A stretch of 64,000 nt of DNA from a virus (Duplodnaviria > Heunggongvirae > Uroviricota > Caudoviricetes): IMG/VR virus record IMGVR_UViG_3300042554_002438. One strand, 5' to 3'. The translations under genes were made by a program, and so were the position numbers. The notes beneath the pieces were generated by a model. The model was not told the DNA's origin, did not search any database, and worked only from the letters and a program-made list of their open reading frames with translations. This document shows, in pieces, positions 38,522 through 46,035 of the stretch. Position 1 is the stretch's first letter; the number at the start of each line of letters is the position of its first letter.

Positions 38522-40606
38522 ATGGCACAAAAAGTATCATATACAGGGGTTTTCTTGGACAAGGATTCAAGAGCCGTATTAGAAAAAGAGTTCAAATCGC
38601 AGGTTCCTGATGGATGGGAGTGGATTGCGCATCATATGACCATAACTTTAGGGGAAATGGTTGATAAATCGGAATTGGGTAAACAAGTTGCCCTTAATAT
38701 AGTTTCATTTGGTAAAGATGATAAAGTCATGGCAATTGGTGTCAAGGGTTACCCTAGTAAAAATGAAAAACCGCACATTACTTTAGCCGTTAATCGCGCT
38801 GAGGGTGGTAAACCTTATATGAGTAATTTAATTAAGGAATGGGTACCATACTCGATCGGTGCCATATTAACTGGTGTTGTCAGTGAATACCCGCCACAAT
38901 CTAAAGAAACACTTAATGAAGCTTATGATATTAAATCATTACCGTTCTATAACGATGTTATCAATAAAAACGGTAAAATATATCAGGTTGGTGGGGCTGT
39001 TAGAGATTTGTATCTGGGTAAACAATCTAAAGACCTTGACATCGTTATTAGTGGAATACCAGCTAAGGAACTCGAAGATGTGTTGAAAAAATATGGTAAA
39101 GTTGATATGGTTGGTGCGTCATTTGGTGTTATTAAGTTCACACCACCAGATGGTGAAGAAATTGATATTGCAATACCAAGAACTGAAAAGAAGAGTGGTG
39201 TTGGTTATCAGGGTTTTGATGTGTCGGCTGATCACACTCTCCCTATCGAAAAGGATCTTGAGAGAAGAGATTTCACAATAAATTCAATCGCTAAAGATAG
39301 TGATGGGAATGTTATTGATCCATTCGGTGGGTTAAAGGATCTTGATTCGAAGGTTATCAAATTAACAAACCCTAAGGCTTTTTCAGATGACCCATTAAGG
39401 ATGTTAAGGGCGATTCAATTTGCGTCTAGGTTTGGTTTTAAAATAGATGAGGAAACGTTTGATGCTATTAAAAAGAATGCGATGACTATTGACGAAATAT
39501 CAAAAGAGAGAATATTGATAGAGTTTGATAAAATCGTAAACAAAGGTAATCCCAGAGTCGGAGCTGAGTTATTAGTTTCAAGTGGATTGTACAGGGGCAT
39601 ATTCGGTACCGAGTTTGATGGTGATTTTGAACCGTTTGACCAAGTAACTAGGAACAGTGAGTTCGCTTACTGGTTGATCCAATCGTTCACCGAACAACCA
39701 GACCAATACTATAAGAATATAATGAAAGGTGACATCGATACGGCTAGAGAGATATCAGCTTTGGCTTATATGTATAACAACTTACCTGGTAACGACAAAG
39801 CAAAACAAAGATTTGTTTATTTTAATATAAATAAGATATCACCACAGATGTTTAATAGTAATTTCGTGAGAAGTATATTGAGTGATGTTATCAATGACTT
39901 TGATTCTCAAAAATACCCAGCTGGTTATTCGGATTTAAAAGTCAATGGTAATGATTTAATGGCAATGGGTTTAAAAGGTAAAGCTGTTGGTGATATGTTA
40001 AATAAATTAATCTCTGCAATATATTCTGATAAAATTGAAAATACAAAGAATGGTTTGTTGGGTTTTGTTGAGAGGAATAAGGATATGTTAAATGAATCTG
40101 TTGGTGGTACAAATAAGAATAGAGTTGTGTTTTATGATTTTGATGGTACTTTAATGGATAGTCCACTTCCTGACACAGGTAAACAAATCTATAAAGAAAA
40201 AACTGGTAATGTATACCCACATCAAGGTTGGTGGGGTCGTGCTGAGAGTTTGGATTTAAATGTCTTCGACATAAAAACAAATCCAGATGTTGAGGCTAAA
40301 TTTAGAGCTGACTCATCGGATCCAAATACGCATGTTGTTTTATTAACCAATAGGTTGTCAAAACTTGAGGAACCAATTAAAAAAGTTCTTGACAAACATA
40401 ATATGGTATTCGATTTTTATTCTTTTAAAAATGATGGTCGTGAAAAGGGTGAACGTGTTTTGGATATTTTAGCCAAAGTATATCCGAATACGAATGAAAT
40501 TGAATTTTATGATGACGATGAGCGACACATTCAAAATGTAAGAGATAATTTAATCGACACCGATTACGATTTCAAGGTGAATCAAGTTATTGATGGTAGA
40601 TTATAA
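38522..40606 (+). CDS. tri-domain RNA end-healing enzyme: 2H phosphoesterase, CCA-adding nucleotidyltransferase (class II) and HAD 3'-phosphatase
   Basis: N-terminal HHMTIT and PHITLA = two H-x-T/S-x motifs of 2H/LigT CPDases; middle GGAVRDLYLG...DLDIV...RRDFTIN...DPFGGLKDL...DPLRMLRAIQFA = CCA-adding/poly(A) polymerase head domain; C-terminal VVFYDFDGTLMD (DxDGT), LLTNR and YDDDERH = HAD phosphatase motifs as in the T4 Pnkp C-domain. Confidence 0.8.
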   Translation: MAQKVSYTGVFLDKDSRAVLEKEFKSQVPDGWEWIAHHMTITLGEMVDKSELGKQVALNIVSFGKDDKVMAIGVKGYPSKNEKPHITLAVNRAEGGKPYMSNLIKEWVPYSIGAILTGVVSEYPPQSKETLNEAYDIKSLPFYNDVINKNGKIYQVGGAVRDLYLGKQSKDLDIVISGIPAKELEDVLKKYGKVDMVGASFGVIKFTPPDGEEIDIAIPRTEKKSGVGYQGFDVSADHTLPIEKDLERRDFTINSIAKDSDGNVIDPFGGLKDLDSKVIKLTNPKAFSDDPLRMLRAIQFASRFGFKIDEETFDAIKKNAMTIDEISKERILIEFDKIVNKGNPRVGAELLVSSGLYRGIFGTEFDGDFEPFDQVTRNSEFAYWLIQSFTEQPDQYYKNIMKGDIDTAREISALAYMYNNLPGNDKAKQRFVYFNINKISPQMFNSNFVRSILSDVINDFDSQKYPAGYSDLKVNGNDLMAMGLKGKAVGDMLNKLISAIYSDKIENTKNGLLGFVERNKDMLNESVGGTNKNRVVFYDFDGTLMDSPLPDTGKQIYKEKTGNVYPHQGWWGRAESLDLNVFDIKTNPDVEAKFRADSSDPNTHVVLLTNRLSKLEEPIKKVLDKHNMVFDFYSFKNDGREKGERVLDILAKVYPNTNEIEFYDDDERHIQNVRDNLIDTDYDFKVNQVIDGRL

Positions 40607-40640
40607 AAAAAGCCGAGAATATTCTCGGCTCTTTATTTTT
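40605..40640. terminator. bidirectional rho-independent terminator
   Basis: A7-gccgagaatattctcggc-tttattttt between convergent genes. Confidence 0.7.
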
Positions 40641-40663
40641 AGATCTGAATCTATCTATCGAAA

Positions 40664-41272
40664 TTAAACTATATCTGTTGATTCTAGCAAAGTGTAACTA
40701 AATTTGTTACCGTGTATTTTTGATGCTTTTCTACATATCTGCATAAAAATATCGAAATCAATAACTCTTTTAAAAACCTGACACCCCTCAGACCAATTTT
40801 CAACCCAAGTTGAATCTCGACCAGCTTTGTGTATATTGATACCAAACATACCAGTATCTGTTACTGTTTCTTGAAAAGTTAAATCTCTATTAGCATCTCT
40901 GTAAACCGTAACATTGCCATTTCTTTGGCATAATGCGGAATACTTTCCTTGATGTAAATCGATAGACCAAACACTTCTATATTGGCCTGGAACTAATCTA
41001 GCAACCCCTTTGTTATTGTGAAATTCCATAACGCCCTTCTTACCAGGATCAGTTGTTGCATTCCAGCAGTAGAATTTCCAAGTGCCAGTTTCGTCTTTGT
41101 ATGATATTGTCAAACAATCATCAAACACATTTGTTACTTTGTCAGCAACAGATGGTGTGTTTAACCTAACACCAACTATGTTGACATCATACGTTTTATT
41201 TTTATCATCGTTAAACCAAACATAATTTTTTGATTTAACAGCCCTCTCAATTTGTTCTCTCGTATAACACAT
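40664..41272 (-). CDS. YkuD-fold (L,D-transpeptidase-like) domain protein, putative peptidoglycan-active
   Basis: INIHKAGRDSTWVENWSEGCQVF matches the H...S-x-G-C-[IV] catalytic motif of YkuD domains. Confidence 0.4.
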   Translation of the reverse strand: MCYTREQIERAVKSKNYVWFNDDKNKTYDVNIVGVRLNTPSVADKVTNVFDDCLTISYKDETGTWKFYCWNATTDPGKKGVMEFHNNKGVARLVPGQYRSVWSIDLHQGKYSALCQRNGNVTVYRDANRDLTFQETVTDTGMFGINIHKAGRDSTWVENWSEGCQVFKRVIDFDIFMQICRKASKIHGNKFSYTLLESTDIV

Positions 41273-41274
41273 AT

Positions 41275-41565
41275 TTAATCTCTAGTTGGGAAAATACCCT
41301 GAAGGGCGATGCATGTTTCCATGTACGGTTTACCTTGGTAAATATCACCAATATTTAACTGAACCAAATTACCGTGTTCATCTTTTGGTCTTAAATCTGG
41401 TAACGCAAATGTCGTAACACCATCGCCACCATAATATGTACCCAATAGAGCAAATAATGCTGTGTTTTGTGAAATTGATAATAATTGTCCGTGGCAGAAA
41501 GCCCAACCACGTGGTGCAAATGGGAATCCAAATTGTTGAATTTGCCCTAAAAATTGTTCATCCAT
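41275..41565 (-). CDS. phage tail collar domain protein
   Basis: FGFPFAPRGWAFCHGQLLSISQNTALFALLGTYYGGDGVTTFALPDLR tail-collar (MdpB-like) motif. Confidence 0.65.
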   Translation of the reverse strand: MDEQFLGQIQQFGFPFAPRGWAFCHGQLLSISQNTALFALLGTYYGGDGVTTFALPDLRPKDEHGNLVQLNIGDIYQGKPYMETCIALQGIFPTRD

Positions 41566-41596
41566 ATTTAATTTTTTTTATTTAATTTTATTTATT

Positions 41597-41887
41597 TTAA
41601 AATTTAGCATCTGCGATAAGTTTTTTTCGGTATAATGGTGTGGTTAACTTACTCTCATTAACATATTCACCGATTATTGCTATGTAATAAAGTGGTAACC
41701 CCATTGCCATAGCTTGGCTATTAAAGTCTGGTAAAGAAAAATTTTGCGCACTATCACCACCATAAGTATTTCCAATCACAGCGTACAACGCTTTACTTGA
41801 TGGTTCCGCACGTGAACCATCACACGGGGCCCAGATCATTGGGTTTGGGGTGTAAGCAAACTGTCTTATTTCTCCAATTGTTATCAT
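41597..41887 (-). CDS. phage tail collar domain protein (paralog)
   Basis: WAPCDGS...ALYAVIGNTYGGD...FSLPDF; paralog of the previous gene. Confidence 0.65.
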   Translation of the reverse strand: MITIGEIRQFAYTPNPMIWAPCDGSRAEPSSKALYAVIGNTYGGDSAQNFSLPDFNSQAMAMGLPLYYIAIIGEYVNESKLTTPLYRKKLIADAKF

Positions 41888-42621
41888 TGTAATAAGTTAT
41901 TAAATTTTTTGAAATATTTTAGTCTATCATCTAAACCATTTGTTCCACCATTAACTCTTTTTGTTACTGAAATAACAGTTGCATCGTCAGCTCCTCTATC
42001 ACAGATAGTCCATAGTTTATTGCTATTAAAAAAATATGCCGCAGACATCATTGGGTATTTTGTTGCAACCAAATCTGGATTGGCGACACAATCTTCACCG
42101 CAGAACTTAGAAAATTTACCATAATTTGCCCTACCAGTTAATTGTATATAACCTCTTCCTTTAAATCTTACACCATCACCTGGTTGTGTGTTACCAAGAT
42201 CTTTTCTACCCTCATATGCAGCACCTGACGCAAATTCAACAACCCATTTAAAGTTACCAGATTCGTGTGCACATTGCGCTAAAAAGTGAGCTAATCTTAA
42301 ATTAGTTGTTATATTAAATTTTGCGGCTGTATCTGGTATCTGAGCTAAAACGTTATCTGGTATTTGTCCTTTTAATTTATCAAGATTTAAACCAGAGTTG
42401 TTTGAAATAACTGTTTCAGTTTTTTTAGGTTCTGGAAACATTTTACCCCAGGTTATATCACCCACAATACCATCATCAAGTAATCCATTGGCTTTCTGCC
42501 ATGCTTTCACAGCGGCCTCAGTTTTTGGGCCAAAAGTCCCAAGTGCTTTACCAGCATCTACACCCAAAAAGTTCTGTAATTTTTTTACATCTTCACCTTT
42601 TGATCCAATCTTTAACAACAT
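41884..42621 (-). CDS. endolysin: peptidoglycan-binding domain plus GH19 chitinase-like lysozyme
   Basis: N-terminal PG_binding_1-like (DGIVGDITWGKM); catalytic AHFLAQCAHESGNF GH19 signature. Confidence 0.8.
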   Translation of the reverse strand: MLLKIGSKGEDVKKLQNFLGVDAGKALGTFGPKTEAAVKAWQKANGLLDDGIVGDITWGKMFPEPKKTETVISNNSGLNLDKLKGQIPDNVLAQIPDTAAKFNITTNLRLAHFLAQCAHESGNFKWVVEFASGAAYEGRKDLGNTQPGDGVRFKGRGYIQLTGRANYGKFSKFCGEDCVANPDLVATKYPMMSAAYFFNSNKLWTICDRGADDATVISVTKRVNGGTNGLDDRLKYFKKFNNLLQ

Positions 42622-42681
42622 ACTTCTTTATTTTATTATAAATAGTATGAGATAAATAAAAGTAATAAAAAATTAGATTTG

Positions 42682-42752
42682 AGCTGGTAGTTGGAATCGA
42701 ACCAATCTCTATAAGTTTTGCAGACTTATTGCACTCCATGTACATTACCAGC
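42682..42752 (-). tRNA. tRNA-Cys (GCA)
   Basis: hand fold: GCTGGTA/TACCAGC acceptor, TAAGT-CTGCAAA-ACTTA anticodon arm, TTCGATT T-loop; short D-loop. Confidence 0.65.
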
Positions 42753-42759
42753 ATATTAG

Positions 42760-42830
42760 CACGGGTGGAAGGATTCGAACCTCCATCGCTGGTTTTGGAG
42801 ACCAGCATTCTACCATTGAAATACACCCGT
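42760..42830 (-). tRNA. tRNA-Trp (CCA)
   Basis: ACGGGTG/CACCCGT acceptor, CTGGT-CTCCAAA-ACCAG anticodon arm. Confidence 0.7.
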
Positions 42831-42837
42831 ATATTGT

Positions 42838-42989
42838 GGACACAGTGGGAATCGAACCCAAACGATCTCCTTGCAAGGGAGTCGACCTGCCTTCGGTATC
42901 TGGCCCATATGGCGGAGAGCGGAGTACTCGAAACTCATACCCGAAAGTACCACTCGCTTAGCAGGCGGTGACAGCACCCTGGCTGTGTC
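42838..42989 (-). ncRNA. atypical 152-nt tRNA-like RNA (acceptor helix and T-arm but a non-canonical core)
   Basis: 3' TGGG-TTCGATT-CCCA T-arm followed by CTGTGTC; the exact complement GACACAG lies 152 nt upstream; an internal ACTCC-CTTGCAA-GGAGA hairpin and GGTACT/AGTACT hairpin; no standard D-arm. Confidence 0.35.
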
Positions 42990-43001
42990 ACTCTCCATTT
43001 G

Positions 43002-43077
43002 TCGGGAAAGCTGGATTCGAACCAGCGATCTCTCGCGTCCAAGGCGAGCGAGGATGACCTGACTCCTCCATTTCCCG
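43002..43077 (-). tRNA. tRNA-Pro (TGG)
   Basis: CGGGAAA/TTTCCCG acceptor, CTCGC-CTTGGAC-GCGAG anticodon arm, GCTGG-TTCGAAT-CCAGC T-arm. Confidence 0.65.
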
Positions 43078-43082
43078 TTTTG

Positions 43083-43155
43083 TAGGGTAGACAGGGTTCG
43101 AACCTGCGACCCCGTGCTCCCAAAGCACGTGCGCTACCAACTGCGCTACTACCCT
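43083..43155 (-). tRNA. tRNA, anticodon TGG (second Pro-like)
   Basis: AGGGTAG/CTACCCT acceptor, GCGC D-stem, CGTGC-TTTGGGA-GCACG anticodon arm. Confidence 0.55.
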
Positions 43156-43162
43156 ATGTTTG

Positions 43163-43248
43163 TCGGAGTGGAGGGATTCGAACCCCCTGAGTTTCCAATG
43201 TGCCAGATTTACAGTCTGGTGCCCATCCGCCGTCTGAGCAGCACTCCG
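43163..43248 (-). tRNA. tRNA-Tyr (GTA), class II
   Basis: CGGAGTG/CACTCCG acceptor, CCAGA-CTGTAAA-TCTGG anticodon arm, 15-nt variable arm (bacterial type). Confidence 0.75.
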
Positions 43249-43261
43249 AAATGATATAAAA

Positions 43262-43288
43262 CAAAAAACCCTGAGATTTTGTCCCAGG
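43262..43288 (-). terminator. rho-independent terminator (minus strand) upstream of the tRNA array
   Basis: A-run then ccctgagattttgtcccaggg hairpin; followed on plus by the conserved GGGCTTCTACTAT. Confidence 0.55.
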
Positions 43289-43460
43289 GCTTCTACTATT
43301 TTATATAATTAGTTTCCAAAAAAAATCGTTAACTAAAAGACAATAGAAGCCCTGTTCCAGCTGGATATGCTGGAGCTGCTGGACAACTATACGGCCATGC
43401 CACGATATTTTTGTTCAAATTTTTCATTTTGTCTTTATAAATAGTGTGTTCTTTTAAAAA

Positions 43461-43505
43461 GTGATACAAATATAAGCACAGTTTTTTAAATAAGCAAGTT
43501 TTTTT
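43461..43505 (-). promoter_or_regulatory. promoter-like motif copy
   Basis: gtgatacaaatataagcacagttttttaaataagcaagttttttt. Confidence 0.4.
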
Positions 43506-43528
43506 AAAAATTAATCATAAATTTCTGT

Positions 43529-43572
43529 TATATCGGTCATGTGATACAAATATATCGGTCATGTGATACAAA
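43529..43572. repeat. 22-bp tandem direct repeat x2 (tatatcggtcatgtgatacaaa)
   Basis: two adjacent identical copies; the GTGATACAAA core also starts the promoter-like motif at 43461. Confidence 0.6.
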
Positions 43573-43593
43573 CCAGGCGCTTACCACTCACAA

Positions 43594-43668
43594 TTGGGGC
43601 GAACGATGAGGTTCGAACTCACGACCTCCTGAACCACAATCAGGCGCTCTAACCAACTGAGCTACGTC
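43594..43668 (-). tRNA. tRNA-His (GTG) with encoded G-1 and encoded 3' CCA
   Basis: G-1 paired to C73, GCGGACG acceptor, CCTGA-TTGTGGT-TCAGG anticodon arm; CCA is templated. Confidence 0.8.
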
Positions 43669-43682
43669 CGCCATGTAATCCC

Positions 43683-44525
43683 CTACCTGTTGGTGGGGAT
43701 TAAGTTATTTAAATATTCTCTATTTTGAGTAAAGATTGGTGTTTCGACATCCAATTCCCAAGCGCTTCTGGTGTAAACATCCTTTGGATCAATCACAACC
43801 GTATCACGATTGACTTCCGCATTGGCACTTTTACGAACAAACGTCTTTTCAATTTTTCTGATTATACCACCACGTTTTTCTCTTGGTGAGTAATCATTCC
43901 AATTTGTACCAGCCTGAAATATCAATTCTTGCATACCATCGGTCTTAACCCCATGTAATTGTTTTGGTGAGTATAAACTCTGAGCGACCGATGAAATTGA
44001 ATTTCTGGTCGCATCTTGTTGTCTCCAGATGAAATAATTCTCAACCTCAACTTTTTGTGGGATTTGAAATACCCTGGCATCAAACATAGCCAATTTAGGT
44101 TCGCTGGCGTATCTTTTATCCGTCACAGACTTTCTCTCGATAACATGTAGATTCTTAATATAACGATCCATTCTCAATTTATTAAAGATGGCTGTTGCCA
44201 TTGAGGCTGAAACGCTCGCCATTTTCTGTAAGTTATTATCGAACCAAGCTTGTGTGCCCTCATCTTCAAAATCGGTGATCAAAATTGAAATCTCATCTGA
44301 TTGCACATACGCAAACTTAGCACCCATAATGTTTTTACATAGATATGCCGCTGTCTCATCCATATCATCAATCAAATCCAAATCAAATGGCCTTCTCAAA
44401 CCTTTTGTATAGGTGTGAAAAGCCTTACCATCAATTCTGATAATGGTGTAACCTCTTCTTGGTAATGAAATACGAGTTCTATCCTCATAGTTCGATTTCA
44501 TTCTGTCTCCTAATGCGTCTTTCAT
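43683..44525 (-). CDS. Thg1-like protein (tRNA-His guanylyltransferase / 3'-5' nucleotidyltransferase family)
   Basis: RIDGKAFH, YVQSDEISIL (conserved QSDE catalytic motif) and FIWRQQD collinear with Thg1 (RLDGRNFH, YGQSDEYSF, LSWRQAD). Confidence 0.75.
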   Translation of the reverse strand: MKDALGDRMKSNYEDRTRISLPRRGYTIIRIDGKAFHTYTKGLRRPFDLDLIDDMDETAAYLCKNIMGAKFAYVQSDEISILITDFEDEGTQAWFDNNLQKMASVSASMATAIFNKLRMDRYIKNLHVIERKSVTDKRYASEPKLAMFDARVFQIPQKVEVENYFIWRQQDATRNSISSVAQSLYSPKQLHGVKTDGMQELIFQAGTNWNDYSPREKRGGIIRKIEKTFVRKSANAEVNRDTVVIDPKDVYTRSAWELDVETPIFTQNREYLNNLIPTNR

Positions 44526-44956
44526 TTTATTTCTTGGTTAATTTTATATTCTTCTTCTGTTGCTATTCTAATTGGTACGAACAGCGCATACCCATCATCA
44601 TCCTCAAAATGGTTACAATCGTCTTCATAAGTCATATTAAACTTAGTTCGATTGTAGATGAACTTGTTTTGTTTGACATCCCATTTTGCTATGGTGGCTC
44701 TCCTATGATCACCCGCATAAAACTGACCGTCAACCAAATTTTTTTTCTGAATAGCCCCAGCGCCAATTAATTTTGGTACATAAAAGTTATTCCACTCATC
44801 AGTTTCAACTCGTGGTAATTCGGGTATATCATTAACACCAGCGAATGGTTTTAATGTCTCCCAATATTCACGAATACGTTGTTCCCTTTCAGCTTTTTCA
44901 ATTTCTCGTTTAGCTTTCAGTTCAGCGAATATCATATCTTTATCAATCTGTTCCAT
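44522..44956 (-). CDS. hypothetical protein
   Basis: 144 aa ORF. Confidence 0.45.
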   Translation of the reverse strand: MEQIDKDMIFAELKAKREIEKAEREQRIREYWETLKPFAGVNDIPELPRVETDEWNNFYVPKLIGAGAIQKKNLVDGQFYAGDHRRATIAKWDVKQNKFIYNRTKFNMTYEDDCNHFEDDDGYALFVPIRIATEEEYKINQEIK

Positions 44957-44960
44957 AACA

Positions 44961-45045
44961 AATCATTTTGCGGAGAGGGAGGGATTCGAACCCCCGTTAC
45001 CTTTCGGTAAAACGGTTTTCAAGACCGCCGCGATCAACCGCTCTG
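44961..45045 (-). tRNA. tRNA-Ser (TGA), class II
   Basis: GGAGAGG/CCTCTCC acceptor, CTTGAAA anticodon loop, long variable arm. Confidence 0.7.
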
Positions 45046-45107
45046 CCACCTCTCCAATATTTCACAAATATAAGAATAAAAATGTTAATTAACAAGTTTA
45101 TTTTTGG

Positions 45108-45181
45108 TAGGCATGGTAGGACTCGAACCTACGACCTTCTGCGTATCAGACAGACGCTCTAACCAACTGAGCTACATGCCT
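45108..45181 (-). tRNA. tRNA-Ile (GAT)
   Basis: AGGCATG/CATGCCT acceptor, TCTGT-CTGATAC-GCAGA anticodon arm. Confidence 0.7.
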
Positions 45182-45188
45182 ATATTTG

Positions 45189-45262
45189 TACACCCTGATG
45201 GATTCGAACCACCGACCCCCTGCATGTAAGGCAGGTGCTCTAACCAACTGAGCTAAGGATGC
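45189..45262 (-). tRNA. tRNA-Val (TAC)
   Basis: CCTGC-CTTACAT-GCAGG anticodon arm, GGTGG-TTCGAAT-CCATC T-arm. Confidence 0.7.
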
Positions 45263-45268
45263 AAATTG

Positions 45269-45342
45269 TGACCCCATCGGGACTCGAACCCGAAACCTTC
45301 GCATTAAAAGTGCGAAGCTCTAACCAATTGAGCTACGAGGTC
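45269..45342 (-). tRNA. tRNA-Lys (TTT)
   Basis: TCGCA-CTTTTAA-TGCGA anticodon arm, TCGGG-TTCGAGT-CCCGA T-arm. Confidence 0.75.
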
Positions 45343-45350
45343 ATATAAAA

Positions 45351-45386
45351 CAAAAAACCCAGGTGGTTTACCTGGGTTTTCTTTTC
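45351..45386 (-). terminator. rho-independent terminator (hairpin with T-runs on both strands)
   Basis: cccaggtggtttacctggg flanked by an A-run and a T-run. Confidence 0.6.
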
Positions 45387-45515
45387 TAACTCTATGTTCT
45401 TTAGTTTAACATAAATTAGGCAATACTAACCCAGCCCAGTTTTTCACCGAGATATGTTTAATTGACTTAATAATGTTAACCATTGTGTTCATTTTACTGA
45501 TTTTTAAATATATAG

Positions 45516-45556
45516 TGCAAAAGTAAGCAAAGTTTTTTAAATATGCAAGTTTTTTC
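45516..45556 (-). promoter_or_regulatory. promoter-like motif copy
   Basis: gtgcaaaagtaagcaaagttttttaaatatgcaagtttttt. Confidence 0.4.
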
Positions 45557-45565
45557 AAAAAAAAA

Positions 45566-45958
45566 TTAAAAAATTTCTCTTTTACCTCTAGATACTGGCT
45601 CCAAACCTTTATTTCTGTCAATATAGATCCAGTCATATTCAACCAAACCGAACTCATTGAGATGGTCTAATACGGTCTCAATACTATATTCTTTACATGA
45701 ATAAATGTCAAATTGAACCAAACTTGGTGTATTTGCATCCCAAATATGAATCGCAGCATGTGAGGTTGCAAGGGTTATTGTCCCAGTAATACCCTCATTA
45801 CCTGGCTCGTCAACATAAATGGACGTTGGGCCAGCAACGACAACCATACCAACTTTATTTACCAACGAGGTTAACCATGCGTCTAAAACCTCTTCCTTCT
45901 TTGGTGGATTTAAAACGTATCCACGGACGATTAAATGCAAGTGATTTGGATTGAACAT
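45566..45958 (-). CDS. pyruvoyl-dependent decarboxylase, SpeH-like S-adenosylmethionine decarboxylase family
   Basis: TGTITLATSHAAIHIWDANTPSLVQFDIYSCKE collinear with the SpeH core ([27 protein letters not shown]). Confidence 0.5.
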   Translation of the reverse strand: MFNPNHLHLIVRGYVLNPPKKEEVLDAWLTSLVNKVGMVVVAGPTSIYVDEPGNEGITGTITLATSHAAIHIWDANTPSLVQFDIYSCKEYSIETVLDHLNEFGLVEYDWIYIDRNKGLEPVSRGKREIF

Positions 45959-46000
45959 TTTCTATAATATTTACTGAAATAAATATTAAGAATTAGCGTT

Positions 46001-46035
46001 AAAAACAAAAAAACCGAATTATTTATTCGGTTTTT
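46001..46035 (-). terminator. rho-independent terminator
   Basis: ccgaattatttattcgg hairpin with flanking A- and T-runs; overlaps the stop codon of 46023..46406. Confidence 0.55.

Noticed and set aside
43529-43572. Tandem direct repeats considered as a CRISPR array
   Set aside because: Only two contiguous 22-bp copies, no spacers and no cas genes; more likely a regulatory or recombination element near the promoter-like motif.
45406-45657. 83-aa minus ORF overlapping the terminator and the start of the SpeH-like gene
   Set aside because: It overlaps the better-supported 45566..45958 gene out of frame and runs through the terminator hairpin at 45351..45386.
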